This document shows positions 49,301 through 60,251 of a stretch of 64,000 nt of DNA, one piece after another. The notes under the pieces are model-generated. The model was not told the DNA's origin and ran no database searches. It was given only the letters and a program-made list of their open reading frames with translations. How positions within the stretch are numbered: position 1 is the stretch's first letter; each line of letters opens with the position of its first letter. The DNA comes from Macrostomum hystrix (lineage: Eukaryota > Animalia > Platyhelminthes), in contig CATNEN010000007.1 of NCBI GenBank assembly GCA_950097015.1, positions 620,001 through 684,000 of the forward strand, given 5' to 3'. A program made the position numbers and the translations under genes.

Positions 49301-52300
49301 CAGCAGACGCTTGGCCTCTTCGCGTTGGCGCAACTCTTGAATGCTGCGCGAAATGGACGACATGTGTCTTTGTTATGGTCTTAGTTACAACCTCGCACAG
49401 GATTCCACCGAACTGTTTCGTTGCTACACCAAACTTCGAGTATTATCTGTCCATCACAATATAATTATAACACCTACCAACCACTGCCTGTCACACCTAT
49501 CAACCACTGCCTGTCACACCTATCAACCACTGCCTGTCACACCAGCCTACCACTGCCTGTCACACCAGCCTACCACTGCCTGTCACACCAGCCTACCACT
49601 GTCTGTCACACCAGCCTACCACTGCCTGTCACACCAGCCTACACTGCCTGTCACATCAGCCTACCACTGCCTGTCACACCAGCCTACCACTGCCTGTCAC
49701 ACCAGCCTACACTGCCTGTCACATCAGCCTACCACTGCCTGTCACACCAGCCTACCACTGTCTGTCACACCAGCCTACCACTGCCTGTCACACCAGCCTA
49801 CCACTGCCTGTCACACCAGCCTACCACTGTCTGTCACACCAGCTTACCACTGCCTGTCACACCAGCCTACTACTGCATCTAAACATAAACCTGTCTCTCG
49901 CACTAAAGAGCATATCCTTTGTGTCACGAAAAATAATCTTGCTTACACGCTGCGCGATTTCTGCTGGCTGGCGTCGGACGGGTGAACCAGGGTCTTGTCG
50001 GCCACCACGAATTCGATTGGTTCGCGTCGCAGTTCGGCTTTGGGCTGAACGGAATCGGCAGTCTTGTTCGGTGCGGCCTTGTCGGCGGTGGAGGCATTGG
50101 TTGAGCTGTCGGGCGACTTCTAATGAATGTTTTTCGTTTGCAGAAAGTTAAATTTCTTAAGACTATATTTTCCAGGTTTTCTTATTTATCCTGTTAGTCA
50201 CATCACCAGCTCTCACACCATTCTTCTCATTCCCATCCCTTTCCTTTAATTCTCGCCTCCTTTTCTCTCACTCTCTCTTCATTTCCTCTCACTCACTCTC
50301 CATTTCCTCTCACTCTCTCTCTCCATTTCCTCTCACTCTCTCTCCATTTTCTCTCACTCACTCTCTATTTCCCGTCACTCTCTCTCCATTTCCCTCACTC
50401 TCTATCCTCTCCCATTTCAAGGCCAGACCCACCTGTCCGCCAGCACTATCCTCGGTCTTGGCTTTCTCATCGGCCGATTTTGTCTTTTCCTCGGCAGATT
50501 TGTCCGCCGAGCCATCGCTGCTAGACTCGTCAGTTTTCTGAAATGGCGTTATAATGATTCGAATTCTAAGAAATTGCAGCAGTTTGTAAAACTTCCGGCT
50601 TTTTAGACGTGTTTTTTGGTATTTAGCGTAAATACTCGGTCTTTAAACAGACAATTTCCAAAGTTCTTACACAGTTTTCCTTGCCAATGTAAACGAAAGA
50701 ATCGCAATTACGGTAATAAAGCCTTTAAAAAGTTTAGGCGAGTTGCTAAGCAGCGAATTTCACTCACCTTATCTGAACTGCCAGATCCAAACAGATTACC
50801 AAGCGACTCTCCAATCTCTGTGAAAATGGTTCGAGTAATTGAATTAAACAAAATGAAATGAAACAATATCTCAGAAAGTAAGCGAGAAAAACACCCCCCA
50901 CTCACTGGCAAAGGCCGATCCGTCCTTCTTTTCAGCACCTTCGGCTTCGGCAGCATCGGCTGCTGTTGGCAGTACCTCGAATTGGGCTTCGGTGCGATCC
51001 AGATGCACTATGCCGCTATCGTCCATACGGAAGTGGGCCTTCACGCCTTTGCTAGTGGCTCCTGGTTGGCCATCATACTTGCCAACAGCCTGGGCTACTC
51101 CCTTCAGGTTGAATTTGTACAGCAGCGGATTGCCCAGCGCTCTGCAATCGATGATGATAACTCGTTTATCCAAATGGCTACGTACAGCTTTTCAGTCCAT
51201 GGACTGGGGAGCGTGGAATCGCAACTATTAATAAAAGTGTTGACAACAACTCACTTCTGTTGAAACTCGTTCAAATGATTCAGACTAGTGTAGCTAACGG
51301 AGAAATCGAAATCCTGCGTGTGCTTATTGAAGGTCATGACCTTGCGCTGTGGATAGTGATTGCCCAGATTGAATAGCAGTCGCTTTACATCCTTGCCATC
51401 CTCGGCCGTTTTAAAGTCAACCTGTTATTGGGGAAAGATTTAGAAATTATCGATCGGCTCACATAATGGTGAGAATCGAACTCGTGACCGATTTAGGTTG
51501 GATTTCGATGCATCTAATTAGCGAAATGATTTTACAGCTTATGAAGATTTTCACTGCATCTTACAATAAGAAGAATAAGAAGTGCGTTACAAGTAAACTA
51601 GAAACTCACAGCCAAGGGAAACAGAGTGGCGTCCTTGACAACGAATCGTTTAACTCGAAAACCCGGACTCAGGTGGGCGGCTTGGTAAACGGCGCCCAAT
51701 GCTGCGGCCTCGTCAGTGTTGATTGATTTGCCCAGTTCGCTTCTGGAAGCAGAAAAGAGCAAAATAGTTAAATTTAGCTTCAGTAAGGTAAACTGCTTTT
51801 TGAAGTGTTTTTTTTCTAACCTTCCGGTAGCCTTAAGCAGTGCCGCTTGCACCCGGGGGCTCCTGGTGCCGCCGCCCATCAATAGGACCTCCTTGATCAG
51901 ATCCATTGAGATCTGGGCCATGTTCAGGGCGCTCTCAATCGGCCTAGTGACGCGTTCGAACAGATCCGAGCAGATAACCTCCAGATCATCGCGAGTCACC
52001 TTGATCTTGAAGTCTTTGTCGTCGAAAACGCTTTCAATCTGATGGTGTTGAATTTTTTTATAAAGAAAAGTGATGACTGATTGTTAATATTTAATTGTTC
52101 TGCCCATGATGTCCAATCGGCTGATTGTTTCTCAAATCAGGGGATGGCTTGGGGGCTTGTCGTGCAATTTACACCCTTGAGGGCCAACCTCTAAGGCAAA
52201 GTGAGAGTGTAGACTGCGTGACGATGAGAATGTCAGGGCAGATGTATACACCTGTGTGAGCGCGTGCCTGGATACAGTATCTGTGTGCGTGTGTGCTCTG

Positions 52301-54349
52301 GAGTCAGCAAAATGGGCAGAATTGCCTCCTCGTGGCCGTGGGCCTGGTGTCACTTAATGATGTGCCTTATTATTTTCAATCAGCTGATTGCAACTAGCTA
52401 TTCAGTTTGCATATTATCATCTCTCACCTGAGCATAAGCTTCCTTGTTGGCGCTGAGCACTCGATAAACTCGTCCGGCCTCTTTAAAAAGCTTCGCCATG
52501 GCTCTGGCGTCACCTGAGATATCGCGCTTGCTCAACTTTTTAGCGTTGAACTCCTTGGCCAGGTGGTCCCTGAGGCGCAGGATGAACGCGCTGGCGCCAA
52601 GAGTTTCGTCGTAGCCGACGCCGAGCACCTGCAGCTGCGGATGCTCTTCGGCGATGCCGTGCTCCCGCACCCTGGCTACTTGGTAGGCTGCGGGTAATTA
52701 AGGAAATTGTTTACAATTGATAATCACTTTTTTATTACAGCTGACCTAATTGGGCCAGATGTGCAGCCGACAGGACAGCAGCAGCTAAGTGTCTTGCTAA
52801 AAGACACAAATTATTTTAAGGTGGTGTCGGGAATCGAACCCCCGGCCATCACATCATAATTGAGTCCGGTGCTCTTACCAGTATGCTAAAACCCTCGCAA
52901 ATATATTTAATTAAGTGATAACAATTGATAACTGCACAGACCTAAGTTCGAATCCGCAATAGTGTGCAACGAACAACTTTCTCACACAACCCCAGCCTTA
53001 ATATTTTAAGCTGACGAGAAACATGTAAAAACTGTCAGTGCTCATCATACTCCTGCTGAGACTCGAAGATCAACACCATCGTCACAGATGCGGTCTGGAT
53101 AATTGCGTTTTACTTTAGACCAAAAATGTATTTTCGATACATATCGCCTCTCACTTACAAACAATGGTGGCAATTGTCGACGAAGAGCCCATATCGTAGA
53201 ACATATAGTACTGGGCAGTCTTGTTGAAACTCTTAGACCGGAAGATGCCAAAGTTTAGTGCGACTGAAAAATAAAGTTAAATAAAATTCAGAACATCATA
53301 TTTCGAGTGTGCTACTAGCAGTAGGTCAGTTAGCATGTAGGCTATAATTACCAGCCGCATTAGAGTTCATGAGCTGCAGCACGGTGATGCCGGCATAGCT
53401 AGCAGCGCGCAGCACTGCCAAGCGCTCAGCCTGGCTAAAATAGGGCGGCACCGTGATTACGGCGTCCTTGATTGGCTGGTCGGCGAATTTCTGAGCAGTC
53501 TCCTGAGCATTCTCCAGAAGCATGGCCAGAATCTCTTCAACAGTTAGCTTCTTGTTGCTGAAAGTTATTTTCGACAGGAGAAAAACTTATACTTAAAAAA
53601 GTCACACGCAATGGAGACTGAATCATCAGCAAGAGGACAAGTCACTCACTCGACTGTGGTAAACAACAGGACGCCCTCGCTGTCCTCGGACAGCTGATAG
53701 TACGGAAATCGCTCCTGGAACAGCTTAACAGCGGGACTGTTTAATGACTGGCCAATCAGAGTCGGTATGAAGATGAAAGCATTTTGCGGGAATTTCACAG
53801 CCTGAAATTGTTGTTTTGGGTTCATATTCTTAGAGACCAGGAATAGCCAAAGCGTAGCAACAGCATACAAGCAATGGAATACTTACCATAGACAGTGCCG
53901 GGTCGCCAACTAGTCTTTCATCATTGCGCATGCTGACAACAACTGGTGTTTTGCGCTGCGATTCCCTGCAATTAATTAGATAAGGACTCTTGGACTATGC
54001 TCTAATTAGATGTAATAGTAAATATATATCTTTTTTAAGTAGACTTACCTATTCAATGCCACCTCCATGGGAACACCAGGCTAAAAAAAGATAAGCATTG
54101 TCTACATTAGCACTTATATTATACTTTATCTCAACAAAAGAATATTTCTTACCTTCACAATTGCAACCTTTATAAATTCTGAGCCTAGGTCAATAGCCAT
54201 TGTAGCTATGGCATCTAAAATCATTCAACATACATTTCTATATAAAGAAGCACATGATATAAAAAGTGGCAAAATACTTTACAGTGTCCTTATTTACCAG
54301 TTCCATAAATAATAGTAGCCAGCAAGCAGAAAACAATGACAAGCTTCAT
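46390..54349 (-). CDS. HYOU1: Hypoxia up-regulated 1 (GRP170/ORP150), ER Hsp70-family nucleotide exchange factor; 19 exons: 54349-54298, 54214-54153, 54080-54049, 53965-53887, 53801-53650, 53557-53352, 53263-53159, 52687-52428, 52038-51821, 51742-51610, 51421-51255, 51177-50906, 50817-50768, 50537-50433, 50119-49947, 49343-49172, 48877-48620, 48480-48282, 46673-46390; ~992 aa
   Basis: Signal peptide [16 protein letters not shown]; motifs [85 protein letters not shown]; C-terminal DDEL. All junctions were checked and are in frame. Confidence 0.95.
46728..47215. repeat. Degenerate ~27-29-bp minisatellite CCCATGCCTGTC...TAATTCCCAAT (HYOU1 last intron)
   Basis: Recurrent CCATGCCTGTC core, about 17 copies. 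Confidence 0.85.
47567..48004 (-). CDS. Putative alternative terminal exon of HYOU1 (duplicate of exon 18 plus a novel basic tail)
   Basis: Pyrimidine-rich acceptor ...CTCCCCCCGGCTCAG then [44 protein letters not shown] in phase 0, matching the phase-0 end of exon 17. Similar to exon 18 ([43 protein letters not shown]). Confidence 0.6.
   Translation of the reverse strand: MWVNQSERLLAERPAHEPPTVTAAEISLRGEGLKARLGQLLRDKLARAAELEKQRREAADAKLKLETEARAKAEAKARARADKAKARAKAEASRRRRGRFIRAGADGSYRLGARDRRRLREMMLRAAIMRELSAGRTGVLYPQLP
48915..49137. repeat. 34-35-bp minisatellite AGGGCAGGGTTTGGTATAGAGCGAGTGTACATTG (HYOU1 intron 16)
   Basis: About 6 copies. Confidence 0.9.
49476..49872. repeat. 23-bp minisatellite CCACTGCCTGTCACACCAGCCTA (HYOU1 intron 15)
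   Basis: About 17 copies. Confidence 0.93.
52141..52345 (+). mobile_element. 5'-truncated SINE family A copy (HYOU1 intron 8)
   Basis: Body GGCTTGGGGGCTTGTCGTGCAATTTAC...GATGAGAATGTCAGGG...GCAGAATTGCCTCCTC matches 30905-31208 and 8822-8910. Confidence 0.72.
52730..52900 (-). mobile_element. Internally deleted SINE family B copy (HYOU1 intron 7)
   Basis: Reverse B-box GGGAATCGAACCC; the tail matches 29240-29295. Confidence 0.65.
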
Positions 54350-55314
54350 TTCTTGCAATCTGCAAAATGAGAGACAGGTTAGAGTTAGTGTCATATGTTA
54401 GCATAACAATACACATGTAAAATTTGAAAAGAGGACTAGAGACAAAAGTATAGTACATATTATGATAAATATTACAATGACAACTAGCATTATTTATACT
54501 ATTATAAAAGCATATACTTCTTACTTCTTTATTTACTATATATTATGCTAAACATAAAATATGGACATTAATGAGAATTAAATTGGTTTTTAATTTGTTG
54601 ATACAATGTATATATGACAGTGTTTAAATTTAAATTTATTTTTTAAAGGAGGCCTTGTACTTCTATCATAACAGAAGTTTTAACAAACAATACCATACTA
54701 AAAGTTTACTAAAAACCACAACAAGTACAAGTTGAAAAACTGAATGATAGCGAACTAGCAGAGAGACTAGAGACTGTATCTCTGATACAGGCAGAGAGAC
54801 ATATATATATGTTGTTCTCTGTGCCGAATGCCTAATGCCGAATTATAAACAGTTAAAAATATATCAAGCAGTTAAAAACTATAAAAAGGATTTCACTAAG
54901 TGATTTTTGTGAGAAGTATTCCTTAGCGCTTGGCGGTTGACAGGTCTTATGAGTGATGCAAACTAGGCAACTGGACTTTACTATACGTGTAATAAACGAA
55001 GTTAAATACGCGCTGTATGTGAATTAAACGTGTAGGGTATATATAAACAAAATAAGTTTTACTTAATTTCTTGAATGACCATTGCACTGTAGAAGAAAGA
55101 AACTCAATGAGTAAAAAAGTTTTAGAAAAGACATAAAACTACTTACGCTATTTTATCTATGTATGTTATCAGCTGTTTGATGAGTGGGTCTTTCACCGCA
55201 TTGTTTTCCGCATGGTTTTCCGCACGGTTTTTTTTTTCGTGTAAAAATTAAAAAAAATTTGTATGGTGTAAAAATTACTGTGAAACTGTAATTCAATTTA
55301 ATGGATGGTATGAT

Positions 55315-55520
55315 ATGACCTGGTATAGTATTAATCTTGTATGATGAAGTAGTCTATATGTTAGCATATGACATGATCTGGTATGATATGGTATGATATG
55401 GCATAATCTGGTATGATATGGCATGATTTTGTATTATATGGCATGATATGGTATAATATGGCATGTTATGGTATGATATGGCATGATCTGGTAAGATATG
55501 ACCTAGTATCATATAATCTT
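55315..55520. repeat. Degenerate 10-bp repeat ATATGG(C/T)ATG
   Basis: Visible tandem periodicity. Confidence 0.75.
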
Positions 55521-55959
55521 GTATGATAAAGTTGTTAGAATCTCTTTCATATGTTTGCCAAAAATGTTACCAAGGATTATTGCAGCACATGAGTGCTTTA
55601 TTCAAGTCAGCATGATGCAAAAATACAGGAAAAAAAACCATGCGGTGAAAGATTTATACGTCGTTCAACACTAAACACTTTAGGTACTCGTACAACTCAC
55701 GCTGCAGTTTGAACATGTTATGCTGAGTGTTTGTTGTGTCCCTCACTTTATAACGCTGTTTTGGTTTTCTATCTGATTTGCAAACGGGAGAAACTTTCTC
55801 AGAAAGTCGATTATTTCACTTTCCATGCAGCTTACAGTAACTGCACCTGGAAACATTAAGTAGATAACTGTGAATTAGTTTTTAGTCTCTTTTCCTATCA
55901 AAAAGTTCAGAATTTTATGCGAATAAATTGCACTAAACAGGTAGACTTTAATGTTCCAA

Positions 55960-57572
55960 AGTACTGGAACATAAACGCCCTGGAGGCAACCCATTGGTCT
56001 TCGGGACAACCACCCACTATTTCGACGTGCCGACAAGCTGATCCGTGTGCGCGACTGTTTTAACAGAAACGCTAACCGCCGCCTTCGAGGCATCCTGTGC
56101 CTTAAAAGCCTACAAAGGGAAAAATCTGCGCCGTGGTGGAACCCTGAGCTCGGCAACTTGCGTCGCAGAGCGAAGAAATTACACCGTAGAGCAAGCAAAA
56201 CTAATTAAAGAGCCATGCGGATCAGACCTCCTATTTTGAAGCCATTCATGAGTTTAAGAGGGAGATCAGGACTGCTAAGGCCCAGAAGTGGCATCAATAC
56301 TGCGAAGATCTAGAAGGCTCACACACCACCTCCAGGATTGTCAAAGCACTTACGCTAAACAAAATGTCCAAGCTCTCCTCGGTGAATCGAAGCGACGGTA
56401 CGTCAACTGACAACCCAGAAGAAATGCTAGAGGTCATGCTCTCTGCTTTCTTTCCCCAACGAGCCAGCCAATCCGACCACCCCAGATCACACTGAGGGAG
56501 GCCATATGCTTGCTGCCTCTATCATCACGGAGGACCGCATCGTCAAAGCGGCCACCTCCTTAGAGAGGCGTTTAAATGCCCAGGTTTCCTGCGCATTCTT
56601 TGCAGCCTCTATCGAGCCTATATCACGCTCGGGTACGTCCCGCAGGCATGGACCGAGGCGAAGGTGATTTTTATCCCGAAGCCAGGCCGCCCGGACTACC
56701 AGTCCATTAAATCCTTCAGACCATCTGCCTTTTTATTGGTCTGAAGGTGCAGGTTAACCACCTTAACTTATCCATCAGGTTATCCATCAGGTTATCAGCT
56801 TATCCATCAGGTTAAGCTGATGGAGAGACTAGACTAGTGCTTCTCTCAGTGGAATTGAAGAACACGCCGCTCAGCGACAACCAGCATGCTTTTTGGGCGG
56901 GTCGCTCCACTGAAAGCGCGTTGCACGTTCTGATTGACAATTCTGGAGAAAGCTGTGCTTGGCAACAGCTTCGCTCGAAGTGTCTTCCTGGACATTGATG
57001 GTGCCTTTGACAACGTCCTCTTTGACGCGTTCCGCAAAGTCCTATGTAAGAGACACACTCACTCGAACCTGACCAGATGGATCATGCATATGATCAGTCA
57101 TCGCATGGGCACCGCCAGCCTGCTGGGCCACCAACGGACGGTCCCATTCCGCAAAGAAAGCCCGCAGGGAGGGGTCTCTCCTATTCTCTGGATCGAACAT
57201 TGGAACGCCCTGGAGAACGCAAGGGCGCGCATGTCGCATGTCCATGAGTGCCCCTCCGTCTGCTCCTTACGACGGCCTCAATGCCTTCATCGACGTTCCC
57301 CCGTTGGACATTTTTGCCCGCATGGAAGCCGCTAAAACAGCGCATCGGCTCATTGATGCCGGCGTCCGCTTCACGCCGCAAAGAGCCATAGCAAAGCGCA
57401 AGCTTCTGCCTTACGCCGACCTGTACCTTAGAGATTTGAAAGACAGCGGCGGACTCCACGTCTTATCTGACGGCGAACCACGCACTCTCAATCTCACCCA
57501 GCGCTACAAAAACACCACCCACCACCCAGAACCACCAGGAGGTCCACTGCTATACGGACGGATCCCTTAAAG
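55960..57572 (+). pseudogene. Decayed non-LTR retrotransposon (RT + RNase H; LOA/R1/Lian-like), frameshifted and internally deleted
   Basis: Fragments across frames: PWWNPELGNLRRR, QAWTEAKVIFIPKPGRPDY..KSFRP, SVFLDIDGAFDNV, PQGGV, GLYVPPLD-like LNAFIDVPPLDIF and terminal CYTDGS (start of RNase H). Confidence 0.82.
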
Positions 57573-58601
57573 ACGACATAATAATCGGAACGAATCGTGG
57601 GAATCATGGTCTTCAATGTTCATAGGTTCTAGGTAGGTAAGCCCGATACACAAAGCTACCCTTTACAATTACAGCACTCATTATAATTTTTTGCTTATTT
57701 GTTGATCATTTTTTTTAATTCATGCACAACCTATTTCCTTCGATGCTTGATGAAAACTTATTGTCGTAAGTATATTTATTGACAGAATTGACAGACTAGG
57801 GTAAAAACTATGAAATAAATGAAAAAAGATTGCAAATTTCACTTGTAATTCATACTTAAATATATAACGATGAATGGTAGTTTTTAAAACATCGTATTTC
57901 TCAGCGTCAATTACATAAAAGGAACCACTTTGTCATCGTAGAAAGTATAGAAAAAAGCGATATTTAAGGCGATGTTAGCCATTGTGCAAGAATGCAAACC
58001 CCCGAGATCATTTAAGTCAATCCATTAAGTGCAATACAAAATTGGCCAGTTTATGTTCGCATGGAAGCTATAGCATGCAATAAAAAGTGGCAAAAGACAT
58101 GAATGACACAGAGTTGTTCTACTGCTTACACAATCACCGCCTTGCTACTCCAAATTCCGGGCGCCTTGGCCAATTTACCTACTCCAGCGTGCTTTCAACT
58201 AAGATGGGTATTGGTGCTTGAGTCCGCCAGCTGAAGCCGGTGACGACCAATCTCCACAGCGCAGCGGCACAAAATTAGTATCGGGGGCTCGATTCCAAGG
58301 GCTTAGTTAAGGCGCACGTGGGACTAAGAAAGCGGAATGCTTCTGTGCCAGAGCAACTGTTATTGCTTAGAGTAGCTGGACACAGTTGCGCCCACAGTCG
58401 CGACATCTGCGGAACTGAATTCAAAGACTGCAGAGTCCTCTGCAGTTGATGCGGCGGCTGCAACTGCTGTTGTTGTTGTTGCTGTTGTTGTTGCTGCTGC
58501 TGCTGTTGTTGCTTCTGCTGTTGCTGCTAATTAATCTGCTGTTGCCGCTTCTGGTGCTGCTGGTGCTGCTGCTGGTGCTGCTGCTGGTGCTACTGCTGGT
58601 G

Positions 58602-59330
58602 CTACTGCTTTGGCCACAGAGTGATGTATAGCTGCCGCTGCTGCTGCTGCCGCTGCCGCTGCCGCTTCAGCTGCTGCTGCCGCCGCCGCTCCTGCTGCAG
58701 CTGCTGCTGCTGCTGCAGCTGCTTCTGAAGTTGCTGCTGCTGCTGCTGCTTCTGAAGTTGCTGCTGCTGCTGCTGCTGCTTCTGCAGTTGTAGCTTGTAT
58801 TGCTTCTGCTGCTTTAATAGCACTTGCTGCTGCTCTTCCTGCCTAAATAGTTGTTGCTGCTGTTGTTCCTGTTCTTGCTTATGTAGTTGCTCCTGCTCTT
58901 GTTGGTGTTGCTTTTTGTATGATTGCAGCTGCTGCTGTTGCTTGTATAGTTGATGGTGATGGTGTTGCATATTATTTTCCTGTTGCTGTTGCTGGTGTGG
59001 CTGCTGTTGAATGTAAAGTTGCTTCTGCTGCAGTGGCGGCAACTTCTGATAAAATGTCGTGCCTCTTGCCGTCATCAAGATAGGCTTGTTTGCCACGAGT
59101 AGATTATAATTGCTAGTAGAACTCAAACCATTGCTCACGTTATCACGCTTCTTCCAGCCGTCCTGAATAACCGTGTCACAGATGACTTGCCAGAGCTCGC
59201 GATGGTAGTGCAGCTTGGCTTGCACGATTTTGTCTCGCAACGGCTGCAGGTCCACGCCTAGATCGATCACTGAGCCAAAAGTTGCACATCTTGGAACGCA
59301 GATTAACATGTTGCCTATGTCGGCTTCCAT
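58602..59330 (-). CDS. Unknown ORF with unique N-terminus and long polyQ tract; the frame continues past TAG codons to 58275
   Basis: 242-aa ATG-initiated ORF, with ~100 aa of non-repetitive sequence followed by CAG/CAA repeats. No recognisable domain. Confidence 0.35.
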   Translation of the reverse strand: MEADIGNMLICVPRCATFGSVIDLGVDLQPLRDKIVQAKLHYHRELWQVICDTVIQDGWKKRDNVSNGLSSTSNYNLLVANKPILMTARGTTFYQKLPPLQQKQLYIQQQPHQQQQQENNMQHHHHQLYKQQQQLQSYKKQHQQEQEQLHKQEQEQQQQQLFRQEEQQQVLLKQQKQYKLQLQKQQQQQQQLQKQQQQQQLQKQLQQQQQLQQERRRQQQLKRQRQRQQQQRQLYITLWPKQ

Positions 59331-60251
59331 TGAAACTATTCAGTGTATTTCTCCAGAACATTAGAAAACATTAGAAATTCCTTTTCAGTTTTCGACCGCA
59401 TATTTTCTGCCGTTAACAACAAGGCGGCTGGATCGATGTACTATGGGCCATAGACAATCCTATAATTCTATAATTCGCATTGATATTATTGATATTCATA
59501 TTATAGTCGATCCATAGCCACTGTTTCATTCTATCGAAGGAGGGCTGTGGGCCCTGGCACAACAGTTAAGGGGCCATTTTGTCTATTCCGCTGATTACTG
59601 AGCACACGCACACGCAGATACTGTACACAGGCACACACTCACACAGGGTGTACAACTGTTGTGGCTTCATTGTTTGGCTGCAGTACATATTCTCACCGTC
59701 CTTTGGTATATTCCTATAAGGGGCTATAGTCCTATACATCTGTTTTATAGCCAAGCCCACCCATTAAGCATTGCCCCGAGGTGGATCTTACCAACCTTAA
59801 GGGATCTTCATGGTGCGGGGATAGCTGGCTGTGTATTAGTTTATCCCCTGACACTTAAATCAGCACGCACTGCTATTGGTCCACCTCATGTTGGACCAAT
59901 AGATTGCGAGCCGTAGAGATGGCAAATATAAATATAGCTGATTTTGAACAGGACAGAAATAGCATTGATGTACGGGCACTGATAGCAGAGGGAGATTTTA
60001 AAAGGTTCTTCTTTTACTGAGCCCTGCAACTAGAGAAGATTTCGCACTCGCTGAGTTTCCTTTCTCCCATCAGCTATCGACTATCATCTTTTCCTAGCCC
60101 AACCTTCCCAGAGCAGGAAAAGGATAGAAAGAGAGACTGCGATTCGAATACTTCGTTAGAAATAATATAAAGAGGACAATTGCATCCTCGCCAAGATCCC
60201 TAGCCATAAGCAACACGCATCGCGGCAGCAGCAGCAGCAGCAGCAGCAGCA

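Noticed and set aside
58275-58604. Reassigned genetic code (TAG = Gln)
   Set aside because: TAG serves as the normal terminator of HYOU1 and the BEN-like gene, and other genes have no in-frame TAG.
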